Origin: Dehalococcoidia bacterium
GTDB lineage: Bacteria > Chloroflexota > Dehalococcoidia > Lucifugimonadales > UBA3495
DNA length: 64,000 nucleotides
Direction of reading: 5' to 3'
Assembly: GCA_963665735.1 (NCBI GenBank)
Contig: OY762444.1
Location: 2,025,828 to 2,089,827 of the forward strand
Part shown: one piece after another, positions 39,686-49,197 of the stretch
How positions within the stretch are numbered: position 1 is the stretch's first letter
How the letters are laid out: each line of letters opens with the position of its first letter
Made by a program: the position numbers and the translations under genes
The notes under the pieces: model-generated
Told to the model about the DNA's origin: nothing
Database searches by the model: none
What the model saw: only the letters and a program-made list of their open reading frames with translations

Positions 39686-39868
39686 AGTCCCTCCATGTCT
39701 GCGTGCTTGTGCCGGGATGCCGCTCGTTTCCCATAATACGGTGTGCAACCGCTTTCTTTTTTGTGGCGGGTAGAGTGTGGATTTGGACTGGCCCCGGCTG
39801 GTATAATTTCCTCCGTATCGGCCTGCATAATGGCTGCCGTAACAGTTTGTGCAGGGTGGTGATTCACC

Positions 39869-40060
39869 GTGTCAGCGCTCCTTGACCGCATCAGGGAAGC
39901 GCGTCAGTCCCTGGGCTGGACCCAAGAGAGGCCGGCGGCGATAGGGACACCATCGGGTCCTGGGAGCGGGGACGGATGGGCCTGGACAAGCTCCGGGTCA
40001 TGGGACTGGCCCACCTGTACGGCCGTCCCCTGTCCTGGTTCTATGACTACGAGGACGCCT
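39869..40060 (+). pseudogene. XRE-family HTH regulator remnant (frameshifted)
   Basis: DRIREARQSLGWTQE, continuing in another frame as ...LAHLYGRPLSWF. Confidence 0.6.
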
Positions 40061-40094
40061 ACGTTTCCCCCTTGCACGAGGAGGCGGAGCTCCA

Positions 40095-40445
40095 CCAGGC
40101 CAAGTCCGGCAGGAGTCGGGTGATTCCCTTGGTGGATGAGTCCCTGGCTCTGTTGAAGTCCCTGCGCGAGGACGGCGTGCCGGAGTCCGGTTTCTTATTT
40201 CCCGGCTCCGACGGCGGCCCCCTGTCGCCTGGTGGGTTGTCCTACGCCTTATCCCGGGCCGGGGCGGGACTGGAGGGACTTCGTTTCCGCGACCTGCGGC
40301 ACACTCATGCTTAGCTGATGTTGGCTGCGGGGGTTCACCTCAAGGTGGTCTCGGGGCGGCTGGGACACAGCAGTGTGGTTACCACCAGTGACATCTACAG
40401 CCACGTGCTGCCTAGTGGGCAGCAGGTGGCGGTTGAACGGTTTGG
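40095..40445 (+). pseudogene. Tyrosine integrase C-terminal remnant with internal stop
   Basis: KSGRSRVIPL, FLFP, RFRDLRHTHA*LMLAAGVHLKVVSGRLGHSS...T.DIYSH (TAG at 40312). Confidence 0.85.
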
Positions 40446-40577
40446 AGTTGCATGGAGAATCCGGTAGAATCATGGAACCGCGGGGAATGACGATGCCCCT
40501 CCGGATACCCCGGAGGATGTTAAAAGGATGTCAAAACTCTCTTGACGGGTTGTTGTTGAACCCGTTTTCGTGTTCGT

Positions 40578-40653
40578 GGGCCGTTAGCTCAGCTGGCAGA
40601 GCACCGGACTTTTAATCCGGGTGTCGTGGGTTCGATCCCCACACGGCCCACCA
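40578..40653 (+). tRNA. tRNA-Lys(TTT)
   Basis: GGGCCGT/ACGGCCC stem, TAGCTCAG D-arm, anticodon loop CTTTTAA, GGTTCGATCCC, CCA. Confidence 0.96.
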
Positions 40654-40739
40654 AAGGCGGATTCTGCTGTTCGTTGGGTGGCTTGCGCGGGTGGCGGTGG
40701 AGGCGCTGGCTATTGGGGAAGTTCATGGTGCGAAAAGGA

Positions 40740-41486
40740 CTAGCGCCAATCATTTCCCGGCATTATGCGGAACATGAATTCGTCGAACATAGGAACTGTG
40801 AAAGCGGTATCACCGCGGCTTGGGCTCCACACCATTCCTTTGTTAATCAGCTGGTTGCGGGTAGGCACAAGTGATTGGACCGAACGTTCAATCACCTGCG
40901 CTATATCCCCGGAACGGTGGGGGCCTTCGCCCAATTGGGCCATCGCTCGCAGGTATTTCCTTTCGGCAGGAGTAAGCCGGTCAAACCTGACTCGAAAGAA
41001 ACTTTCGTCCAATCCGGCAATAGCCTGAACGGATGCAGATTCAACTAAAGACGCTGCGATGGGAGAACTATCTGCGACATCCCAAAGATGCTTCCCCCAC
41101 TCTTGTAGGAAATATGGATAACAATGCGTTTGTGCGACTACCAAGTCAAGAGCGGCGTCCTCAATCTCTACTTCTTCGGCCCGCGCGGGATTGGCAAGCG
41201 CCAACTTCGCATCTTCCGGGGACAACGGCCCGATGACCGGGAAGTCGAAGCGGCGTTCAGCGCAGGATTTTGCTTTACCCATTCGGCCGCGGATTTGGGG
41301 CAACCCGGCGCCAATCATGGCAACCGGAAGCTGCCTCTGGGCTGTCCGGTGCAACGCCGTAATCAGAGCCGCCAATTCGCCCTCAGGCACGTATTGAATT
41401 TCGTCAAGGAATATCGCTACGCAACTTTCCTCGGCTTTGGCAGCAGCGCCAACTACTTCAATCAAGTCCGACAAGTCTGATTCCAA
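40740..41486 (-). pseudogene. N-terminally truncated AAA+/STAND-like ATP-binding protein with winged-helix C-terminus
   Basis: Walker B IFLDEIQ, YPYFLQ.WG, RLT..ER.YL.AMA, L..KG; no Walker A; looks lower in GC. Confidence 0.7.
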
Positions 41487-41826
41487 GTCCCGTTGTCGGC
41501 CAAGCCAGGTTCCGATACATTCTCTCTGCTAGGCCGCGCGGACTCTTCAATAGAATTTCAGGGGCTGCCGAAGTCTGACGGTATATGCCCAGGATGGCCA
41601 GCAAAGGGGAGACAGTGTACAAGGGTTGTAGCGGATATTGTATATTTCCGTGGCGTCTTCGGGACGATTGCGAAGTCCGCGCTTGGGATTTCTGGATTCC
41701 GGCTTTTGCCGGAATGATGGTTGTTGATGCAGGAGTGATGTTTCCAATGATGTTTGATGTTTTTCTTGGGGGTTTTCACCCTCACCCTCCCCCTACGAAC
41801 GCGTGATGCAAAATAAATGCCGACGT

Positions 41827-42025
41827 TCAACAACTGAGGAGGGTGGCGAAGGCCGGACCGGGGCAGCCAAAGAGCCGGTTCAGCCGAAGGCCCAGGTTCA
41901 GGGCGCACACCTGGGCCGCCACCCGGGGCAGCAACCCCCAGGGGGTGCGGGCCTGGGGATAGTCCGGGTGGAAGGTTCCTTCCAACCGCCCGTTGATGGT
42001 CTCCACCATCTGCCGCCGGCGATGA
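41827..42025 (-). mobile_element. IS982-like transposase C-terminal fragment
   Basis: RRQMVETING.L......ARTPWGLL.RVAA...A.N. Confidence 0.6.
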
Positions 42026-42230
42026 TGCTGCCGTCGTATGTCAATTTGCATCACGTGTTGAGGGGGAGGGGATATTCACACAACCTCTGGCAGGGTCTTT
42101 TGATATGCAACCCTGAACGACCTTTCACCCAGGTCTGAAATCCCTCCCAAAAGACGACGCTGGCAATGGCAAGAATTTTGGATTCTTCGCTTTGCTCAGA
42201 ATAACATACGGGGGTAGTGGGAGTGGGATA

Positions 42231-43697
42231 TTAGCGGCGGCCCAGGGCGCTGCTGCCTTCGTCCACGTAAACGGTTTCTTCCACCAGGGAGATTTGGATT
42301 TGCTGGCGGTAAACGCCGCCGGGGATTGGCCGCTCGGCGTTGTATAGTTCCACGTTCCAGTCCACCCGGTCAACCCTGGGGCCGCCAGCCAGGGCCTCGC
42401 GGAGGATGCGGCCTTCCATTTTAATGCCGGGGTCTATTCCCAGCAGATGCAAAACCGTGGGGGCGATGTCGGTGTTGCCCGTCGGCGCGATTGCGGCGGC
42501 GCGTTTCTTGAAGTTGGGGCCGGCGGCGAAAAGGATGTTGTGGAGTTCGTGGGGACTCATGGAGCCGTGGTTGCCCTGGCCGGGGATTCCGCCGGTGGAA
42601 TAGACCTGCCCGGCGTATCCGGCGGGGTTGGGACTGCCGTTCCAACGCATGGATACGGCGATTTCCGGGGCGCGGGGGCCTTCGGCGCCCACCAGGAAGG
42701 CGGGCAGCGTACCGGGCAAGGTGCCGGCGGCGTCGGAGGCCACCATCGGGCCGCACCAGGGTTGTCCCATCAGCCATTGGGCCAGCCGGTCGGCAGTTTC
42801 GGGGTCGCTTTGATGGACGTAGAACAGGGCGGAGCCGCCGTTGGGGGCCATTGCCACGCCGCTGGGTTGGTCAACCGGGGGAAAACCGGCCCGGCGCAGT
42901 TGGGTTTCCACGTCCACGGTTTCCATGATGGTGGAATAGCCGTGGTCGGAAACCACCATGACGTTGGTGGAGCGATGGCGGCCCGACTGTGCCAGCCAAT
43001 GCAGGAGGCGGCCAAACTCGGCGTCGGCTTCGCGGACGGACTGGTTGGACAAGTCGGAGCCAACGCCGGCGTCGTGCTGGGACTTGTCCGGTTCGGATGA
43101 CCAGAGCAGGGCCACCTGGGTTTGACGTTCCGGGATAACGTACTCGGTCAGGATTTGGACGGCGTGGGCCAGGCGCGGCGTGTTGGGCCGCACTTCCGCC
43201 GGCCAGGGACCGAATCGTTGGATGATTTCTTCGTGAAGGCCGTCGGGAAGGGAAAAGTCGGGGTGGATGGTAGCGCCGCCGGACTGGTGCGCGTTGGGGT
43301 TGTGCAGGTAGGCGTTGCCGTTGGTGCCGACGCCGACGGCAACGTATTCGCCGCCGTGCCGGGAAAGGATGTCGGCCAGGGTGGGGGCCAGCAAGACCCG
43401 CACGGTCTTGGCCTGGACTTGGACAAGTTCGGGTTGCAGGGCGGGAATGACGCGGTGGGGGTCAAATTCGGGGATGAGCAGGTTGTTGGCGGCGATGCCG
43501 TGATTGCCGGGAGTCAGGCCGGTGACGATGCTGGCGGCGTTGGCGCGGGTGACGGTGGGATAGACGGGATGGTGGCGGCGGAAGGTGACGCCGCGGGCGG
43601 CGAAGGCCGACAGGTGGGGCATGAGGCCGGGGTTGACTTGGGCCGGCTGGAGGCCGTCGAAGACGACGATTAAGACGGTGGGGGTGGGGTTAGTCAT
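42231..43697 (-). CDS. Alkaline phosphatase superfamily (NPP/phosphonoacetate-hydrolase-like) protein
   Basis: VFDGL, PTVT..N (Thr nucleophile), EPDKSQH, VVSDHG, HGS, DIAPT. Confidence 0.9.
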   Translation of the reverse strand: MTNPTPTVLIVVFDGLQPAQVNPGLMPHLSAFAARGVTFRRHHPVYPTVTRANAASIVTGLTPGNHGIAANNLLIPEFDPHRVIPALQPELVQVQAKTVRVLLAPTLADILSRHGGEYVAVGVGTNGNAYLHNPNAHQSGGATIHPDFSLPDGLHEEIIQRFGPWPAEVRPNTPRLAHAVQILTEYVIPERQTQVALLWSSEPDKSQHDAGVGSDLSNQSVREADAEFGRLLHWLAQSGRHRSTNVMVVSDHGYSTIMETVDVETQLRRAGFPPVDQPSGVAMAPNGGSALFYVHQSDPETADRLAQWLMGQPWCGPMVASDAAGTLPGTLPAFLVGAEGPRAPEIAVSMRWNGSPNPAGYAGQVYSTGGIPGQGNHGSMSPHELHNILFAAGPNFKKRAAAIAPTGNTDIAPTVLHLLGIDPGIKMEGRILREALAGGPRVDRVDWNVELYNAERPIPGGVYRQQIQISLVEETVYVDEGSSALGRR

Positions 43698-43895
43698 GGA
43701 CGTTCCCAATTGGATGCCACCCCCTCCCTAACCCTCCCCCTGGTAGGGGGAGGGGATTTCTCACACACCCTCTCAGGTTCTTCGGATAAGGCGTCGTTGG
43801 CTGCGGCAAGGATTTTGGATTCTTCGCTTTGCTCAGAATTACATGGTTGGGGGTAGGTGGCGGGATAAACCCGTCACCGGCGAGGGTGTTGGTCG

Positions 43896-44813
43896 TCATG
43901 GCTGGTCACCGCTGGGGCGGACGGAGTGGCCGCCGAACTGACGGCGCAGGGCGGCCAGCAGCCGACCGCCGAAGGGTTCTTCCTGGCGGGAGCGGAATCG
44001 CTGGAACAGGGACAGCGTTATGACCGGGGCGGGTACGGCCAGGTCAACGGATTCCTGCACCGTCCAGCGGCCTTCGCCGGAGTCGTCAACGTAGGACTGG
44101 AGGCTTTCCAGGTTGGGGTCTTCTTCCAGGGCGGACACGGCCAAGTCCAGCAGCCAGGAACGGACTACGCTGCCGTAACGCCAAGTGTCGGCGATTTGGC
44201 GCAAGTCCAGGTCAAACTCTTGCTTGGCGTCCAGAATCTCAAAGCCCTCGGCGTAGGCTTGCATCAGGCCGTACTCGACGCCGTTGTGGACCATCTTGAC
44301 GAAGTGACCGGCGCCCACCGGCCCGACGTGGCTGTAACCCTTATCAGAGGCCGGGGCCAAGGTCTGAAAGATGGGTTCCAGCCGGCGGAAGTCGGCGTCA
44401 CTGCCGCCAATCATCAGGGAATAGCCCTGGGTCAAGCCCCAAACGCCGCCGCTGGTGCCAACGTCCATGAATCCCAAGCCGTGTTGGGCCAGCATTTCGC
44501 CGCGGCGGAGGCTGTCGCGGTAGTTGGAGTTGCCGCCGTCAAGGATGGTATCGCCGGGGGAGAGCAGGGGTATGAGTTGGTCAATGGCGCCCTGGGTGGC
44601 GTCGCCGGGGGGAACCATGACCCAGACGGCGCGGGGCGGAGACAGGGCGCGAACCAAGGCTCCGGGCGACGATGCGGCTACGGCTCCCTGGGCGCGGCTG
44701 GCGGTGACGGCTCCGGCGTCGCGGTCATAGACTACGATGCGGTGGCCGCCCAGCAAGAGGCGTTGGGCCATGTTGCCGCCCATGCGTCCGAGGCCGACTA
44801 AGCCGATTTCCAA
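43896..44813 (-). CDS. gnd: Decarboxylating 6-phosphogluconate dehydrogenase, short form
   Basis: GLGRMG, DGGNS, SGGVWG, KMVHNG.EY, SGEGRW, R..FGGH. Confidence 0.95.
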   Translation of the reverse strand: MEIGLVGLGRMGGNMAQRLLLGGHRIVVYDRDAGAVTASRAQGAVAASSPGALVRALSPPRAVWVMVPPGDATQGAIDQLIPLLSPGDTILDGGNSNYRDSLRRGEMLAQHGLGFMDVGTSGGVWGLTQGYSLMIGGSDADFRRLEPIFQTLAPASDKGYSHVGPVGAGHFVKMVHNGVEYGLMQAYAEGFEILDAKQEFDLDLRQIADTWRYGSVVRSWLLDLAVSALEEDPNLESLQSYVDDSGEGRWTVQESVDLAVPAPVITLSLFQRFRSRQEEPFGGRLLAALRRQFGGHSVRPSGDQP

Positions 44814-44966
44814 GGTTTTTCGCTCCTATGGTTTAGGGATTTGGATTCCCGCTTGCGCGGGAATGACGGTTGGGTTGTTTTGGCCGGTTGTTAAGGGTGG
44901 GAATTCTGGGATTTCACCCCCTCCCCAACCCTCCCCCTACCAGGGGGAGGGGGTTGTGGGGGCTTT

Positions 44967-45887
44967 TCAGTCGGCGGTTTGGGTCTTGGCGTTGATGAAA
45001 AGTTGATGGAGGCGGGAGTAGTTGTTGGATATGGCGGTTACGGCCTGGGCGCGGGAGAGTTCGCCGTTTTTGTGCCGGACGATGGGCTGCCAGAAAACGG
45101 TGCGGCCTACGGCGAATCCGATGACGGCCGGGGACTGGGCGGCGACGGTCAGCCAGTGGTCAACCTTGGCGGCGTCTTCACCCCGGCCCAGGATGATGAT
45201 TCCCACGTCGTCGCGTCCGCCGGCCCGCACCTGTCGAGCCACCAGTTCCAGGGAGTCCGGGGCGTCAATGCCTTCCAACTTCCAAACGTCGGGTTCAACG
45301 CCGGCGTCCTGCAACTGGGCAATGGCCTGGGCCATCAAGCCGGGGCGCAGGTCGGCGTCAAAAGTGCCGGAGGCCGATTGTTCCGGGGTGGGCGGGACGA
45401 TTAACTCGAACATGAACTTGAGGCCGGCGGTGTGTACGGCGTCGGAGGCGGTCTTTAACCGGCCCCGCTGCCGTTGGTTCAAGTCGGCGTCGCCGTCGGG
45501 GTTGTAGCGCACCAACGCCTTGGCGAAGGCTACTTTGGCCTCCAGCAGCTTGTCCAGGAAGGCGTCGCCGTACTCGAAATCGAACTCTTCCTGGCCGCTC
45601 TTTTCCATACAGGTGCAAGCGGTGAAACCGCGCTGGTGGGCGTCGGCCAGAATTTCCGCGCCGTACTGCTGGTCAACCAGGATGGCGGAGGTGTCGGAGG
45701 CGATGCCGCCGGCTACAGATTCCAGGTATCCGTCGTAGATGATGCGCTTGTAGCTGGACAGCAGGGGCACCGATTCGGGAGGCACCGCCGCGCCGCTGAC
45801 GCCCAGCAATCCGGCCTCGAAGCTGCCCCGGTGGTCGAAGGGGAGGATGAAAAGGTCTTTACCGTAACCTGCGCCGCTAGCGGCCAT
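44967..45887 (-). CDS. DUF2090 / LacD-like class I aldolase-fold protein
   Basis: LPFDHRGS, EKSG, K.LVRYNP, PDVWKLEG, LGRG, GFAVGRT. Confidence 0.85.
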   Translation of the reverse strand: MAASGAGYGKDLFILPFDHRGSFEAGLLGVSGAAVPPESVPLLSSYKRIIYDGYLESVAGGIASDTSAILVDQQYGAEILADAHQRGFTACTCMEKSGQEEFDFEYGDAFLDKLLEAKVAFAKALVRYNPDGDADLNQRQRGRLKTASDAVHTAGLKFMFELIVPPTPEQSASGTFDADLRPGLMAQAIAQLQDAGVEPDVWKLEGIDAPDSLELVARQVRAGGRDDVGIIILGRGEDAAKVDHWLTVAAQSPAVIGFAVGRTVFWQPIVRHKNGELSRAQAVTAISNNYSRLHQLFINAKTQTAD

Positions 45888-45903
45888 AAAACCTCCCGGC
45901 GGG

Positions 45904-47535
45904 TCAGTCCGCCAGTTCCGCAATCAATTTTTTCAGCCCCTCATCGGAGTCGCCGCCCGGCAGTACGATGCGGGCGCAGCGACGGCCGATTTCCCGCAAC
46001 GCCTGGAAGTCGCCCAGGGATTGAGCGTCGTTCAGGGTGGCGAAGGAAAAGGGGCAGCCGGGGATGTCAATTTCGTCCTGATGCTCGGCGACAAGCTGCA
46101 AGAACAGGCCGGAGTTGGGGCCGCCCTTGTGCAGTTGGCCGGTGGAATGAAGGTAGCGCGGGCCGTAGCCGACGGTGGCGGCGATGCAGTGTCGGGCCAT
46201 GACCCGCCGGCGCAAGTCGTCCAGGGCCGATTCCATTTCCGGGGTAGGAAGTCCATAGACCAGCACGGCCAGGTAGTCCCCGGCGTTGGCGTCGGCCAGC
46301 AATTCCTTGATAGAGCCGACGTTTTCCATTGCGGGCAGCTTGCCGCCGGCGCGGTAGTCATCCAACATCCGGTCGGTGCGGTCTTTGGCCGATTGCACGT
46401 CTGGCTGGTCGAAGGGGTGAATCCCCAAGGCTGCCCCGGCTGCGGCGGTGGCAAATTCCCACCGGAAAAACTCGGCGCCAAGGTCGTAACCGTCGGCCAA
46501 GTCCAACTGCATTACCGGCTGGCCGGCGGCGGTCAACCGGCGGCAAGTTTCGTCCCAAAGGTCGTTGTCGTCGCCGGCCAAGCGCAGATAGACGAAAAGA
46601 CGGTCATGGCCGTAGGCGTCGGGGGGCATGGCGGGTTCGCCGGCTACCGGGATAATGCCGGTGGATTCTTTGCCCAGACTTTCGGCCAGCATTTGCTCAA
46701 CCCACAACCCGAAGGCGGCGATGGCCGGGGATGCGGCGATGGTAAGTTTATCCCGGCCCTGGCGTTGGGCTTGGGCCATGACCAGGCCGAGTTGGAATCC
46801 GGGGTTTTCGGCGACAGGAACGTCCGGGCCGCAGGCTTGGCGCATGGCGTCGGCGCGGGCCAGCAGCCGGGACAGGTCAACGCCGGAAAGGGCCGCCGGA
46901 ACCAGGCCAAAGTAGGACAGCACGGAGTAGCGTCCGCCAATGTCCGGCGGGTTGAGGAAGGCGCGGCGGAATCCGGTTGCGGCGGCCAGCCGTTCCAGGG
47001 AAGTACCGGGGTCGGTGACGGCGGCGAAATTCCCGCCGGCCAAGTCCGGGCCGACGGCGGTTTCCACCAGGGCGCGGAAGTGGGCGTAAAGGGTGTTGGG
47101 TTCGATAGTGGAGCCGGACTTGGAGGATACCAGGAACAGGGTCTTGGCCGGGTCAATGCGGCGGGTGACGGCGGCTATCTGCGCCGGCAGGGTGGAATCA
47201 AGGACGATAAGCTGCGGGTACTCGCCGGAGTCGGGAGCGATGGTCTGGCGGAGGACTTCGGGGCCGAGACTGCTGCCGCCCATGCCCAGCAGGACGACGT
47301 GACGAATCCCGGCGTCGCGGACTTGGCCGGCGAACCGCTCCAGGTCGGGGACTTGCGCCCGCATGGACTCAATGCAGGTCAGCCAGCCCAGCCGGTCGGT
47401 GATTTCCGTTGGGTCGGGTTTCCAAAGGGTATGGTCACCCTGCCACAGACGGCGCGGGGCGTCCTGCCGGCCCATTTGGGCAGCCAAAGCGTCAATGTCG
47501 GGCAAGTTTGCGGTCAAGGAAGGCGTTACAACCAT
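45904..47535 (-). CDS. pgi: Glucose-6-phosphate isomerase (Tal-Pgi type)
   Basis: RLGWL, GMGGSSL, SSKSG.T.E, GGRYS, EQ..AES.GK, FDQPDV..AK, HSTGQLHKGG. Confidence 0.92.
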   Translation of the reverse strand: MVVTPSLTANLPDIDALAAQMGRQDAPRRLWQGDHTLWKPDPTEITDRLGWLTCIESMRAQVPDLERFAGQVRDAGIRHVVLLGMGGSSLGPEVLRQTIAPDSGEYPQLIVLDSTLPAQIAAVTRRIDPAKTLFLVSSKSGSTIEPNTLYAHFRALVETAVGPDLAGGNFAAVTDPGTSLERLAAATGFRRAFLNPPDIGGRYSVLSYFGLVPAALSGVDLSRLLARADAMRQACGPDVPVAENPGFQLGLVMAQAQRQGRDKLTIAASPAIAAFGLWVEQMLAESLGKESTGIIPVAGEPAMPPDAYGHDRLFVYLRLAGDDNDLWDETCRRLTAAGQPVMQLDLADGYDLGAEFFRWEFATAAAGAALGIHPFDQPDVQSAKDRTDRMLDDYRAGGKLPAMENVGSIKELLADANAGDYLAVLVYGLPTPEMESALDDLRRRVMARHCIAATVGYGPRYLHSTGQLHKGGPNSGLFLQLVAEHQDEIDIPGCPFSFATLNDAQSLGDFQALREIGRRCARIVLPGGDSDEGLKKLIAELAD

Positions 47536-47540
47536 GAGGA

Positions 47541-48674
47541 TTAGCGGGGCGCTTGTTGGGCCAGCAGCAGTTGGGAACGCTTTATTTCGATGTTGTCGAA
47601 AAGCAGGTCAAAGGAATCGGCGAAGGCTTTAACCCCGTCGGTCAGCAGTTGGTCGGTGATGGCCGTCATGCTGACGCCGGCCTGGGCCACCGATTCCAGG
47701 ACTGCGGCGGCCTGGGCAACGCCTTCGGTCACGGCCTGGCAAACATCGCCGTGGTCAATGAAGGCGTCCAGGGTGGCGTCGGGCATGGTGTTGACGGTAT
47801 CGGCGCCCATCAGGGTATCCACGTACAGGACATCGCTGTATTCCGGGTTCTTGGTGCCGGTGCTGGCCCACAGGGGCCGCTGCACCCGCGCGCCCTTGGC
47901 TTGCAGCCGTTGGAACCGCTCAGTGGCAAAGGTTTCCTGGAAGGCTTGGTAGGCCAGCTTGGCGTTGGCGACGGCGGCTTGGCCCATCAAGCGGCTGATT
48001 TCGCCGTTGCCGGCGCTGAGCCGGGCGGCCAGTTCGTTGTCAACGGCGGTGTCAACGCGGCTGACGAAGAAGGAGGCCACCGACGCGATTTTGGAGAGGT
48101 CGCCGCCCTTTTCGGACAAGTCCTCCAGCCCGGCGATGTATGCCTCGCGCACCTGGGCGTAGGCGTCCAGGGAGAAAATCAGGGTTACGTTGACGTTGAC
48201 GCCCTGGCCGATGAGCTGGCGGATGGCGGGTATTCCTTCCGGGGTGGCGGGAACCTTAATCAGCACGTTGGGCCGGTCGAGGGTGCGGAAGAAACGGGCA
48301 GCCTGCTCGACGGTGCCGGCGGTGTCGTGGGCCAGGTGGGGGTTGACTTCCAGGGAGGCGTAGCCGTCCACGCCGTTGCTGCGGTCATAGGCGGGGCGCA
48401 GCAGGTCGGCGGCGGCCTGAATGTCGCTGACCACCAGGTCCTCATAGATGTCGTTGGCGGATTTGCCGGCGTCGGCCAGTCGGAGGAGCGCGTCGTCGTA
48501 ATCGGCGCTGCCGGAAATGGCCTTCTCAAAGATGGTGGGGTTGGCGGTGAGGCCGCTGACGCCCTGGTCAATGAGGGACTGCAAGGCGCCGGAGGCAATC
48601 ATGCCCCGGCTGATGTTGTCGTACCAGATGGACTGGCCCAGGGCGTTGGCCCGGCGGATGTTTTCGGCTGACAT
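47541..48674 (-). CDS. tal: Transaldolase
   Basis: T.NPTIF, IKVPAT, NVTLIFS, SFFVSRVD, LWASTGTK, TVNTMP. Confidence 0.96.
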   Translation of the reverse strand: MSAENIRRANALGQSIWYDNISRGMIASGALQSLIDQGVSGLTANPTIFEKAISGSADYDDALLRLADAGKSANDIYEDLVVSDIQAAADLLRPAYDRSNGVDGYASLEVNPHLAHDTAGTVEQAARFFRTLDRPNVLIKVPATPEGIPAIRQLIGQGVNVNVTLIFSLDAYAQVREAYIAGLEDLSEKGGDLSKIASVASFFVSRVDTAVDNELAARLSAGNGEISRLMGQAAVANAKLAYQAFQETFATERFQRLQAKGARVQRPLWASTGTKNPEYSDVLYVDTLMGADTVNTMPDATLDAFIDHGDVCQAVTEGVAQAAAVLESVAQAGVSMTAITDQLLTDGVKAFADSFDLLFDNIEIKRSQLLLAQQAPR

Positions 48675-48709
48675 GATGCGGCTCCCGGGTATGGATTTTT
48701 TGGTTGGGG

Positions 48710-49185
48710 GATTTACCCCCTCCCTGGCCCTCCCCCTGGTAGGGGGAAGGGATTTTGCCCTCTACCGTCATACCGGCGCAAGCCGGTATCCAGGATTCCT
48801 TGCGACTGCCGAGGTTGTTGTGTGCTTGGGATTTCTGGATTCTGGCGAAAGCCGGAATGACGATACATCCTCAAGCATTCTTATTGTTGCGGGACTGGCC
48901 GGTTTGACGGGTTTCACCCCCATCCTAACCTTCCCCCGTCAAGGGGGAGGGGATTTTTGCCCTCTACCGTCATACCGGCGCAGGCCGGTATCCAGGATTC
49001 CTTGCGACTGCCGAGGTTGTTGTGTGCTCGGGATTTCTGGATTCCGGCTCCTTCGGCTATGCTCAGGACAGGTTTCGCTGGAATGACGATACATCCTCAA
49101 GTATTCTTATCGTTAAAGGACTGGCCGGTTTAACGGGTTTCACCCCCATCCTAACCTTCCCCCGTCAAGGGGGAAGGGATTTTTT
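48710..49185. repeat. ~200 bp tandem duplication of a REP doublet plus hairpin
   Basis: CCGTCATACCGGCGCA.GCCGGTATCC...GGAATGACGATACATCCTCAAG at ~48765 and ~48967. Confidence 0.85.
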
Positions 49186-49197
49186 CATTGGCTTGGG

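Noticed and set aside
40312-40314. In-frame TAG in the integrase as possible recoding
   Set aside because: The gene is also truncated and has H>R in the HxLR motif, so simple decay is more likely
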